From a virus: DNA of 35,003 nucleotides. Where the stretch lies: positions 1 through 35,003 of the IMG/VR virus record IMGVR_UViG_3300012447_000003, one strand, 5' to 3'. Below, in pieces: positions 1 to 7,767 of the stretch. The notes below the pieces were generated by a model. That model worked only from the letters and a program-made list of their open reading frames with translations, was not told where the DNA came from and did no database searches. A program made the translations under genes and the position numbers. Numbering within the stretch: position 1 is the stretch's first letter; every line of letters begins with the position of its first letter.

Positions 1-284
1 GGGGTGGGCCGTTTGGGCGCATCCCAGATATCTCCACGTCACCCACCGCGCATGCCACCGTCACAGCGAACCGTGAGGCAGAAGACCGGCTCCGCACGTC
101 GATGAAAGCCCGAACATCCACCGTCCACATCACTGCCCCGGTGAACCCGGCGATCGATGTGATGGATACGGCGGTCGTCACCGGCGGCCGGGTGGACATG
201 ACCGGAACCATCACGAAGATTTCTGTCTCCGACCATATGGAGCTGGATGTGTCGATGCCATGGGAGCAGGTGTGGAATGCGTGA
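1..284 (+). CDS. 3' end of the tail protein gene that starts at 34015 (frame 0 at window start; stop TGA 282..284)
   Basis: The frame at 34015 maps to frame 0 after subtracting the 34876-bp unit. ORF 102..284 is its in-window tail. Confidence 0.6.
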   Translation, partial: GGPFGRIPDISTSPTAHATVTANREAEDRLRTSMKARTSTVHITAPVNPAIDVMDTAVVTGGRVDMTGTITKISVSDHMELDVSMPWEQVWNA

Positions 285-1206
285 CCAGCTAGCAACAGCC
301 ATCGCCGCCCGTAGCCAGGAGAGCAGCGGGGCGGGTAGGGGTGTGGTCGTCGACACCACCGTCGGCCCGGGCCCGGTCGATGTGGTGATCGCCGGACGTG
401 TTGTCCCGGCGCACCTTGACACCGACACGCTCGTGTATGCCGGTGAAACGGTGCAAGTCGCCTCCTCTGTTTCTGGACTGTTGTCGGTTGCAGGGGTGGT
501 GTCGTGGCGTCCCACAGCCGGGGTGGCCGCAGATACTGTGAACGACAGTGTTCAGGTGCGTTGTGCCCACCCGGAGTTTGGGGGATGCACGGTCAGCTGC
601 CGCATGTCTGGCGCGATCACTCCTGGCACCCCGGTGGCTGTGGTGTGGACGGCTGCCGGGCCGGTGGCGTTCCCGGTCAACAGCGCTGAACCTGTCCAGG
701 ACCCGATCGTGTGGGACACCGACCCGGGGATGCCGGACACATTAACGGTGCCTGAGCCGGATGTGCCCGAGCCGTCCGAGGTGGCGGTGCGACCGTCGTG
801 GTGGACGGGTGAAAGCAACACGGGAAACACCACAACATCCGGTTTACGGCTTGCCCCGAAACAAGATGTGGTTCTCCTGTATGGGATTCCCAGAATCGCG
901 TGGAACGAGTTTCATGCGTCGTTGACGATCCAGCGCACCAGTGAAGGCTTCTCGCCGTCGCCGATCACCATTAAACTGGCTGATACCGGCAGCAACGGAA
1001 GCACAACAATATTGGATATTGTTGCGCGAACCTCCCCGGTTTCACCCGGGGAAACCATCGTTTTTGATCTTCCCCAAGACATGGCACAGGTATTGGCGGC
1101 TGGTGCGGCGAATAGCCTGGCCCTGTCTGCCGAACAGCCCATGTTTATCGAATCGCCTGCCGTCAACATATCTTCCACACTTCTCACATTCACCAAGGAG
1201 AGTTAA
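277..1206 (+). CDS. Minor tail / tail fibre-like protein (309 aa; alternative start 247)
   Basis: Long ORF. ATG 277 overlaps the upstream stop by 8 nt (ATGCGTGA). The protein is rich in Gly, Val, Thr and Ser, as tail fibre proteins often are, and sits between Tal and the lysis genes. Confidence 0.55.
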   Translation: MRDQLATAIAARSQESSGAGRGVVVDTTVGPGPVDVVIAGRVVPAHLDTDTLVYAGETVQVASSVSGLLSVAGVVSWRPTAGVAADTVNDSVQVRCAHPEFGGCTVSCRMSGAITPGTPVAVVWTAAGPVAFPVNSAEPVQDPIVWDTDPGMPDTLTVPEPDVPEPSEVAVRPSWWTGESNTGNTTTSGLRLAPKQDVVLLYGIPRIAWNEFHASLTIQRTSEGFSPSPITIKLADTGSNGSTTILDIVARTSPVSPGETIVFDLPQDMAQVLAAGAANSLALSAEQPMFIESPAVNISSTLLTFTKES

Positions 1207-1628
1207 TGTCTGGTCGCACGAAACGCGGATATCCGTTTCCCGGCATGGATGATGCCGATAATGTTCCCGCCGACATGAAAGCGCTGGCGGAGGCTGTCGA
1301 CAGTGACGTGTCCACTGCAGCCCAGGAAGCGCATCACGCAGACACGGTGGTCAAGAGCATCGGCATCACCCGCATGGAGACCGGTGTCCATACGCAGCCC
1401 TTCCAAGGATCAGTCTCGTATGTTAAAACTGTTGTTTTTAACAAATCGTTCAGTGCGCCACCAGTGGTGTTGGTTTCCAAAACTTCCTTGTCTGCAGGAA
1501 CGCATACAGTGATGGTTTCCGCTATCGACATCACCACTACCGGTTTCTCGCTGGCGTTTAGAACGATCGATTTCAACAAGGTGAGCGGTGTTTCCGTTTC
1601 GGCTAATTGGGTGGCGATCGGGTCGTGA
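1206..1628 (+). CDS. Tail-associated hypothetical protein (140 aa)
   Basis: ATG overlaps the upstream TAA (TAATG). Beta-rich Ser/Thr/Val composition. Confidence 0.5.
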   Translation: MSGRTKRGYPFPGMDDADNVPADMKALAEAVDSDVSTAAQEAHHADTVVKSIGITRMETGVHTQPFQGSVSYVKTVVFNKSFSAPPVVLVSKTSLSAGTHTVMVSAIDITTTGFSLAFRTIDFNKVSGVSVSANWVAIGS

Positions 1629-2011
1629 CAGCCGAGGACTTCAACCTGTACGGGCTGGCCTTAGCCGCCGTTTTGACAGCTATCGCAACATTTATTGGTG
1701 CCCTGCGTCAGGGTGCCAAGACACGATCGGATGTTCACATGCTGCACCGCCAGTTGAATCATGAGATGAAACCGAATCACGGCGGGTCTTTGCGTGATTC
1801 GAATGATCGTATCGAGGAGAAGCTGGGCACGATCAGCACCTCGCTGGACAGGCAGGCGGATGCGTTGCGCCGTGTCGAGGGTGAGCAGCGTGGCATGGCG
1901 AAGGACATTGGCCGGCTGGCTGACACCGACATGGATTTGCGCCGGGATGCCCACGATGCACACACCCGGCTCGATGACCGGATCAGTCGTCTGGAGAGAG
2001 GCACTAAATGA
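1625..2011 (+). CDS. Membrane protein with N-terminal TM helix and a charged coiled-coil C-terminus (128 aa from GTG 1625; ORF track start 1607)
   Basis: GTGA start/stop overlap. Hydrophobic segment LYGLALAAVLTAIATFIGAL followed by a charged, predicted coiled-coil region (my inference from composition). Confidence 0.5.
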   Translation: MTAEDFNLYGLALAAVLTAIATFIGALRQGAKTRSDVHMLHRQLNHEMKPNHGGSLRDSNDRIEEKLGTISTSLDRQADALRRVEGEQRGMAKDIGRLADTDMDLRRDAHDAHTRLDDRISRLERGTK

Positions 2012-2517
2012 ATGTTGTGACCAACATGCAGGATTTGACTGATGAGGATTTGGCGGACACGTCACGGGCGCTGATGGCCGAACTGGATCATCGTCGTGCC
2101 GTGGCTGCACTGCATCGTCAGGTGGAGGACGATATTCGCGCCTACCAGATGGTGTCTGGAATCATCAACGCACGAGGAAAACGTCCAGATGGCACGTGGC
2201 CGGAATGGGTACAGCCTTCAGGAGTGCAAGACGCATATTTGGAGGGCAGCCATGTCTCCCACAACGGCCGGGTGTGGCTGTCGTTGACGCCTGCGAACGT
2301 GTGGGAGCCGGGGGTGTCGGGCTGGCGCGCCGAGGCCACCCCCGATGAGCATGGCGATGTGAGGCCTGCCGACTGGGTGCAGCCCACCGGTGCCCACGAC
2401 GCCTACGGCAAGGGTGACCGGGTGACGTTCCACGGGGACGTGTGGGAATCCACCATCGATGCGAACGTGTGGGCACCCGACGTCTACCCGGACGGCTGGA
2501 GAAAGGTTGAACAGTGA
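2008..2517 (+). CDS. Protein with two tandem ~40-aa carbohydrate-binding-like repeats (W..P.G..DAY..G..V...G.VW.....ANVW.P....GW)
   Basis: ATGA overlap start. Internal repeat WVQPSGVQDAYLEGSHVSHNGRVWLSLTPANVWEPGVSGW / WVQPTGAHDAYGKGDRVTFHGDVWESTIDANVWAPDVYPDGW resembles CBM5/12-type aromatic motifs. Confidence 0.55.
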   Translation: MNVVTNMQDLTDEDLADTSRALMAELDHRRAVAALHRQVEDDIRAYQMVSGIINARGKRPDGTWPEWVQPSGVQDAYLEGSHVSHNGRVWLSLTPANVWEPGVSGWRAEATPDEHGDVRPADWVQPTGAHDAYGKGDRVTFHGDVWESTIDANVWAPDVYPDGWRKVEQ

Positions 2518-3443
2518 CACATGCAGCATGGTTTCCGCCCGCCAACCGGACGGCACAAAATTATGAGTCAGCCGTGCCCAGGCCCAAACAGCAGAAGATT
2601 AACGTGCTGGTGTTGCACACGACGGAGGGTGGTGGCTGGCCGGGGTTCGGCGGTGGACGCAAGGCCCCGAACCTCACCCTGAACTGCACCAGCGGGAGGC
2701 CGCAGTGGAGGCAGCATTGGCCTCTACCGTGTGCCTCGATGGCGCTGCGGCAGCCGTCTGGGTCGCCGTCGACCAACCGCCTGAACGTTTGCCAGGTGGA
2801 GCTGGTGGGCACCGGCGGCTGGGCCACGAGAGCCAACCCGCACCGCGAGTACACGGTCGGGGGTGCCCACACGGATTGGACCCGGCCCGACGACATGATG
2901 CTGCGTGCCGTGGCCGATCTCATCGCATGGCTGCACCGGGAGTGGGAGCTGCCCTTGACGGCCCCGTGGCCGTTCGGGGATTGGACGGGAAACCACAACC
3001 ATCGCATGACCGCCTCGGAGTGGTCACGGTTCACCGGGGTGTGTGGCCATCAGCATGTGTGGGGCAACGACCACACCGATCCCGGCGCCTTTCCGATCGC
3101 CCGCTGTCTGGCGATGGCACGTGGCGGCTCCACGCCTGTCCCCCGCCCTACCCCTGCAACCCCGAAACCCAAACCGATCGACCCAACCGAAGGAGACGAA
3201 ACAATGCACGGATGCTGGTATCACCCGAACCCCAAGGACAAGAACACCCGCGTATACCTGCTGTTCAACGAGACCAGCGGATTTTATCATGAGTTCTCCA
3301 ACGGCACGGGTAGGGGCGCTTTGTCGGCTGGCTATGTGAATCCGATCGCCAAGAATTGGGACACGAAGGCTTGGCCTGAGATCACCGCCGGACACGCCAA
3401 GGCCGTCAAGCATGGCTGCGACCTGGTGCGCAAGGGGGCCTGA
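2514..3443 (+). CDS. Endolysin, N-acetylmuramoyl-L-alanine amidase (amidase_2/PGRP-like) with C-terminal putative cell-wall-binding region
   Basis: Motifs NVLVLHTTEGG, NVCQVELVG and GHQHVWGNDHTDPG match amidase_2 zinc-amidase signatures. A Pro/Thr linker is followed by an aromatic-rich C-terminal domain. Lies immediately upstream of the holin. Confidence 0.75.
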   Translation: MTHAAWFPPANRTAQNYESAVPRPKQQKINVLVLHTTEGGGWPGFGGGRKAPNLTLNCTSGRPQWRQHWPLPCASMALRQPSGSPSTNRLNVCQVELVGTGGWATRANPHREYTVGGAHTDWTRPDDMMLRAVADLIAWLHREWELPLTAPWPFGDWTGNHNHRMTASEWSRFTGVCGHQHVWGNDHTDPGAFPIARCLAMARGGSTPVPRPTPATPKPKPIDPTEGDETMHGCWYHPNPKDKNTRVYLLFNETSGFYHEFSNGTGRGALSAGYVNPIAKNWDTKAWPEITAGHAKAVKHGCDLVRKGA

Positions 3444-3444
3444 C

Positions 3445-3756
3445 ATGTGGCAGATCGACAAGACGATTCCCCTATCTGCACGCCGCTGGATCTACGGGAT
3501 CGCCACCGCTGTGATTCCGCTGCTCATCGCCTACGGTGTGGTCGATGATCAGACCGCCCCGCTGTGGGTGGCGTTGGTGGCTGCGGTGCTGGTTCCCGGT
3601 ATGGCGACGGCTGCGACGGTGCCGTCGAACGCCTCGGTGGTGGTCGAGCCATCCGATGATCCACAGCCAGAGGCTGTCGAGGATGGCCCTGCGGTGATCG
3701 ACGCGGAGGCGGCTCCACGCCGGGCGGCTGATCCAGATGTGGATGATCTGGCATGA
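3445..3756 (+). CDS. Holin (103 aa, two predicted TM helices)
   Basis: ATG 3445 lies 1 nt after the endolysin stop. Hydrophobic segments WIYGIATAVIPLLIAYGVV and PLWVALVAAVLVPGMATAA are followed by an acidic C-terminal tail. Confidence 0.65.
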   Translation: MWQIDKTIPLSARRWIYGIATAVIPLLIAYGVVDDQTAPLWVALVAAVLVPGMATAATVPSNASVVVEPSDDPQPEAVEDGPAVIDAEAAPRRAADPDVDDLA

Positions 3757-4838
3757 GCGAGCCGAAGCTCCCCTCAGAATACAAATTCGGTTTGGTGACG
3801 GCCCGGGCTATCCGGGCCGTCGGAGACATGGGGCCCGAGGATGACCCCTATCCTGACGGACCACCAGTCAAGCTTGCCAAAGCTGTGACGTTCACCCCGG
3901 CCGACCGGTGGCGTCTGGTGTCTGGTGACCCGTCACAGCGTGTCATCCAAGAGGCGATCGTCGCCGACTTCGACGCCGACGGATTCTTGAGCTTGCATGG
4001 CCAGGCCGGCCTGTGGCTGTATCACGGCCTGTGGCATGTGCGGTTTGCCGACGAGCTGGGCTGGGACGGCATCGACATTCAGGTCACCGCCGAGCACACC
4101 CAGGACCATCCGCTGGACCTGTGGACGGCGGCGGGATTTGTGCCCGCCCCATCAGTGACGGTGACGACCCTGCTGGTGCCTGCCACCGTGGCCGACGGGG
4201 ATGTGCTCATCCGTGAGGGCGATCACGTCACTGGTGTGCCCCAATCCACGTTCACCGGTCCTCCGGGTCCTCCCGGGCCACCGGGTCAGCCGTCGACATT
4301 CACCGGGGCGGGCAAGGGGCGACCGGACATGCCCGACACCCTCGACGCCGCCGGGCGCAGCTGGGTGGCATCTGCACCGGTGGGTGCCGTGTGGTGCTCC
4401 ACCGATGGCGCCGGGGTGGGGGCGTGGCAGTGGCAGAAACTGCCTTCCGGATGGAGCGTGTCGATGGGAGACACTGGGGTGGTCAACCAGACCAGCAGCC
4501 CGGCGTTCATCTCGGCACTCACGTCGCCGGACGGCACCCTGCAGCTGTCCTCCGATGCCTTGATCACGGCGCGGCGCATCGGCTCGCTGGTGATCCTCAA
4601 CACCACCCTGAAGCACACCCGGAACGTGTCGAGTGTGACCAGCACGGGGTGGCCCGCCGGCTGGCGACCCAGAATCGCGTTCTCCACGCCGGCGCTCACG
4701 GCGTCCAGCAGGGACGTGTGCCGACTTTTCCTCAACTCTGGTGGCAACCGCTCATCCATGACTGGTGATGTCGTGGACAATCTGGAGGTGCATGCGGTGT
4801 TCGACACGGATGATCCGTGGCCGACCAGCCTCACATGA
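3753..4838 (+). CDS. Collagen-like repeat protein (Gly-Pro-Pro triplets PPGPPGPPGQP) with distinct N- and C-terminal domains; possible tail fibre or host-recognition protein
   Basis: ATGA overlap with holin stop. GPPGPPGPPGQP at nt ~4255..4290. Followed by a rho-independent terminator. Confidence 0.6.
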   Translation: MSEPKLPSEYKFGLVTARAIRAVGDMGPEDDPYPDGPPVKLAKAVTFTPADRWRLVSGDPSQRVIQEAIVADFDADGFLSLHGQAGLWLYHGLWHVRFADELGWDGIDIQVTAEHTQDHPLDLWTAAGFVPAPSVTVTTLLVPATVADGDVLIREGDHVTGVPQSTFTGPPGPPGPPGQPSTFTGAGKGRPDMPDTLDAAGRSWVASAPVGAVWCSTDGAGVGAWQWQKLPSGWSVSMGDTGVVNQTSSPAFISALTSPDGTLQLSSDALITARRIGSLVILNTTLKHTRNVSSVTSTGWPAGWRPRIAFSTPALTASSRDVCRLFLNSGGNRSSMTGDVVDNLEVHAVFDTDDPWPTSLT

Positions 4839-4867
4839 TTCCATGATCTCCTGTCGAGGATCACTCT

Positions 4868-4906
4868 CCCCCGGGATGCCCATTCGGGTGTTCCGGGGGC
4901 CTTTTC
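4868..4906 (+). terminator. Rho-independent terminator (stem cccccgg/ccggggg then ccttttcg)
   Basis: GC stem 4868..4874 pairs with 4893..4899 and is followed by a T-run. Located 30 nt after the stop at 4838. Confidence 0.7.
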
Positions 4907-4967
4907 GTGTCTCTGGGGGTGCGCCCCACTAGATCGCTCACTTCTTATGATCGTTTCTGGCAGTTGC

Positions 4968-4996
4968 TTGACACAGACTGCCAGGGGTGGCAGTAT
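4968..4996 (+). promoter_or_regulatory. Putative sigma70/sigA-like promoter for the accessory cassette (-35 TTGACA 4968..4973, 17-bp spacer, -10 CAGTAT 4991..4996)
   Basis: Perfect -35 hexamer and a spacing-compliant -10 with conserved A2/T6. Lies between the terminator and the RBS AAGGA (5057..5061). Confidence 0.35.
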
Positions 4997-5069
4997 TAGT
5001 CATGTCAACAGAACAAAGCCCCCGCGAGGCGGCCACCTCCGGGGGATGGACAGAGAAAGGACCTCTGAC

Positions 5070-5495
5070 ATGACCAAGAATAACACCTACGCCTTCCGCG
5101 ACCACGCCATCGAGTGCGAGATCATCGAGCCGATCGAGGCATCCGGGGTCATCCCTGACGCCCGCGCCCAGTTCGACGTCGACGCCATCGCCGACGAGGT
5201 CATCAGCGGCTACTATGACGGATTCGCCTGCAAGGTCGATGAGGAGCGCTTCTGGGAGATCGTGGAAGCCCACGAGATCGCCGATGGTGATCATCGGATC
5301 ATCTGGGGTGGACCAGACGACGACGGAATCCAGACTGCACGGCTGATGCGATGGAGCGACAACGAGGACGGCTTCATCGAAATCGACTCCGAGACGATCG
5401 TGAGCAGTGAGGAGGAATCCCCCTACGCCATCGCCGAGACCACCTTGGAGGCACGCAACGGCCTTCACGATGTGACCAGCATCTGGTGCCGCTGA
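5070..5495 (+). CDS. Highly acidic hypothetical protein (141 aa; alternative starts 5046 or 4947), first gene of the accessory cassette
   Basis: RBS agagaaagga sits 8 nt upstream of ATG 5070. The ORF-track start 4947 lies upstream of the predicted promoter. The protein is very rich in Asp/Glu; no domain recognised. Confidence 0.5.
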   Translation: MTKNNTYAFRDHAIECEIIEPIEASGVIPDARAQFDVDAIADEVISGYYDGFACKVDEERFWEIVEAHEIADGDHRIIWGGPDDDGIQTARLMRWSDNEDGFIEIDSETIVSSEEESPYAIAETTLEARNGLHDVTSIWCR

Positions 5496-5509
5496 CCACA
5501 ACAACTACA

Positions 5510-5533
5510 GAGGGGCCGCCATGGCGGCCCCTC
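5510..5533. promoter_or_regulatory. Perfect 24-bp palindrome GAGGGGCCGCCATGGCGGCCCCTC between the two cassette genes (intercistronic hairpin or operator)
   Basis: The reverse complement is identical to the forward sequence. Lies 15 nt after the stop at 5495 and 22 nt before ATG 5556. Confidence 0.8.
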
Positions 5534-5555
5534 ATCGACAGAGAGGAATCGAATC

Positions 5556-6005
5556 ATGGCTCGACCTGTCATCCATGCAGCCATCCCCGAGGAGCTGGCC
5601 GATTGGATCACCCGCCGCGAGGAGCTGAGGCAGGGCCCCCAACCCCTGTCGCGGGCATCCGTCTCGGAGCTGCAAACCTTCCACGACATCATGACCGCCG
5701 AGCTCACCCGCCACCGCTGGAGTCTGGCAGAGCTGGAGATCATCGCCCGATCCACGATGGGAACCCCGCCCGGCCCCGGCGTGCCAACCACCGTTGGTGC
5801 GATGTTCGCGGCGGTCTACGACGCACGCCGCCTGGGAGAGGTGGCCGACGACGAAGCCACGGCGGCGCTGCTGGACAAGCTTGGTGGGCTGTCACCAGCC
5901 GGTGACGTGGCCTTGGAATATGCGGTGGCCGCGTGGTGGAGCGATGACCACCAGAACACGGCCGCCGACTGGGCCACCGTCGGAATCATCGTCACCAACG
6001 ACTGA
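5556..6005 (+). CDS. Hypothetical protein (149 aa), second gene of the accessory cassette
   Basis: RBS gagagga sits 8 nt upstream of ATG 5556. No recognisable domain. Followed directly by a terminator. Confidence 0.5.
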   Translation: MARPVIHAAIPEELADWITRREELRQGPQPLSRASVSELQTFHDIMTAELTRHRWSLAELEIIARSTMGTPPGPGVPTTVGAMFAAVYDARRLGEVADDEATAALLDKLGGLSPAGDVALEYAVAAWWSDDHQNTAADWATVGIIVTND

Positions 6006-6018
6006 CCCAGCCACATGA

Positions 6019-6055
6019 CCCCCCGGAGCAGCCTTGGCGTCCGGGGGCCTTTTCG
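6019..6055 (+). terminator. Rho-independent terminator (stem ccccccgga/tccggggg then cctttt); its 3' tail is identical to that of the terminator at 4868..4906
   Basis: GC stem 6019..6027 pairs with 6040..6047, followed by a T-run. The 21-mer ggggccttttcgtgtctctgg occurs both here and at 4895..4915. Confidence 0.7.
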
Positions 6056-6077
6056 TGTCTCTGGAGGCAGTTTCACC

Positions 6078-6336
6078 GGTGTCAGATGTTCTACCAATGT
6101 TCTACCGATTTTTCAGTGACCGGTGTTTGCCCTAGTCAAATGGGCATAAAAAGCTCCCCCGACTGGACTCGAACCATCAACATACGGGATACCGAGGATG
6201 TATCGCGATCCCCTGCCTGACTAGGAGAAATGCTCTCTGACTAGGGGTGATGCGGCACGTCTCGGGAATCCCACGGCAGTGAACGAGGGGAACAAAGTGA
6301 CTAGAATGGTGTCAGATGTTCTACCAATGTTCTACC
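6078..6336. other. Putative attP: two perfect 29-bp direct repeats (6078..6106 and 6308..6336), each holding two ATGTTCTACC motifs, flanking a core with a tRNA T-arm-like fragment (minus-strand GGTTCGAGTCC, ~6163..6173)
   Basis: ggtgtcagatgttctaccaatgttctacc occurs twice, 230 bp apart and immediately upstream of the integrase. TGACTAG motifs at 6131, 6228, 6239 and 6299. A GGTTCGAGTCC(AGT)CGGGGGAG 3'-tRNA-like segment lies on the minus strand. Confidence 0.5.
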
Positions 6337-6349
6337 AACCCGGGGTGCA

Positions 6350-7690
6350 ATGAGCCGAACCAGAACTTTCCGACGCCGCTCCACCATCGGAGCCATCTGG
6401 AAGCATCGCGAACGATGGGCAGCCAAATACAAACGCAACGGCGTCTGGCACACCCCGGGTCACACCTTCACCACGGCAAAGCTGGCAGACGACTGGCTGT
6501 GTGACGAGCAACGCCTCATTGACCGTGACGAGTGGACACCACCAGCCGATCGCAGACACACCACCCGGATCGACTCGACCACCTTCCGAGACTATGCGTC
6601 GCGCTGGATCGACACTCGCCTCAAGAAAGGCCAGCCGCTCGCAGAGGCGACGAAACACGAATACCGCCGCTACCTCAAAAACTACGTTGGTGACATCGGC
6701 GACGAACCGCTGGCAGGCACCACACGCAACGACTGGCGCGAATGGTACAGCAAGCTGTGCCCAGACAAACCCGTCCAACGAGCACGCGTCTACGCCTTCG
6801 TGTGCTCCGTGCTCACCTCGGCCGTGGATGACGAGCTGATCCCTGCCAGCCCCCTGAAAATCCGGGGCGCCTCCCGGGCGGTCAGCGACAAAACCAACCT
6901 ACGACTCCCCACCGCCGCCGAGATCGACACCATCGCCGACCACATGCCACCCGACACCAAGCTTGCCGTGCTGCTGGCCGCATGGTGTGGTCTGCGCGCC
7001 GGCGAGATCATTGCCCTGCAGCGCCGCGACATTGATCTTGATGCCCCGTCGGTGACCGTGGCCCGGGCCGCCTCCCGCGCCGGGGCACAGTGGATCGTCA
7101 AGGCACCCAAATCCGAGGCAGGACGGCGCATCGTCCCCATGCCCGGTTTCCTCGTCGCCGAGGCTAGGCAGCATCTTGACCGCTGGACTGGTCCACGACG
7201 GGATGACTGGGTCTTCCCTGCCGACGATGGCGGCATGCGCACCCATGCCGGGCTGATCGGCACCCGAGGCGGACGCTACAAGGACGGCCGTCCGAAATAT
7301 CCCACCCGCTACTGCAAGGCCATCGAGGACGCCGGCCTGCCGTGGGTGACGTTCCACATGCTGCGGCACTTCTTCGGCACACAGGTGACATGGCAGGGCG
7401 CAGGACCCAAGGACGCCATGACGTTGATGGGCCAATCGACGATGTCCGCGTGGCAGCGCTACCAGCACACCGACCCCGCAAGGCAGAGGCAGCTGGCCGC
7501 CGCCCTGGACCAGCTGCACACCGGCGACACCACTGCTGCCCCGGAGTTTTCGGGTGACCTGCTGGGGCGTCTCACACCCGGCCAGATCGCCGCCATGATC
7601 GACACCCTCAGCGACGACGAGGCCGCCGAACTTCTGTCCGGCCTGCCACCGGAACGCCTCGCAGACATTTGGCGAGCCAGACGCTCATAA
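6350..7690 (+). CDS. int: Tyrosine recombinase / phage integrase (446 aa)
   Basis: N-terminal arm-binding and SAM-like domains. Catalytic-region motifs ...GLRAGEI..., HMLRHFF and WQRYQH (nucleophile Tyr). Adjacent to attP repeats. Confidence 0.85.
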   Translation: MSRTRTFRRRSTIGAIWKHRERWAAKYKRNGVWHTPGHTFTTAKLADDWLCDEQRLIDRDEWTPPADRRHTTRIDSTTFRDYASRWIDTRLKKGQPLAEATKHEYRRYLKNYVGDIGDEPLAGTTRNDWREWYSKLCPDKPVQRARVYAFVCSVLTSAVDDELIPASPLKIRGASRAVSDKTNLRLPTAAEIDTIADHMPPDTKLAVLLAAWCGLRAGEIIALQRRDIDLDAPSVTVARAASRAGAQWIVKAPKSEAGRRIVPMPGFLVAEARQHLDRWTGPRRDDWVFPADDGGMRTHAGLIGTRGGRYKDGRPKYPTRYCKAIEDAGLPWVTFHMLRHFFGTQVTWQGAGPKDAMTLMGQSTMSAWQRYQHTDPARQRQLAAALDQLHTGDTTAAPEFSGDLLGRLTPGQIAAMIDTLSDDEAAELLSGLPPERLADIWRARRS

Positions 7691-7767
7691 AAAGCATGCT
7701 CGGCTATGCTGCACCAGCATGGGCAGTTGTGACGGAAATCGTCACCACTGGAGCCGACGGTAATAGC

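Noticed and set aside
2705-3292. Internal alternative-frame ORFs within the endolysin gene (2705..3292 +, 2561..3034 -)
   Set aside because: They overlap a gene with clear amidase motifs. Their translations are Arg/Pro/Gly-rich GC-frame artefacts.
6130-6215. Complete tRNA gene at attP
   Set aside because: Only a T-arm plus 3' acceptor-like fragment (minus strand GGTTCGAGTCCAGTCGGGGGAG) is present. No matching 5' acceptor strand, D-arm or anticodon arm could be folded. This is consistent with an attP core copy rather than a gene.
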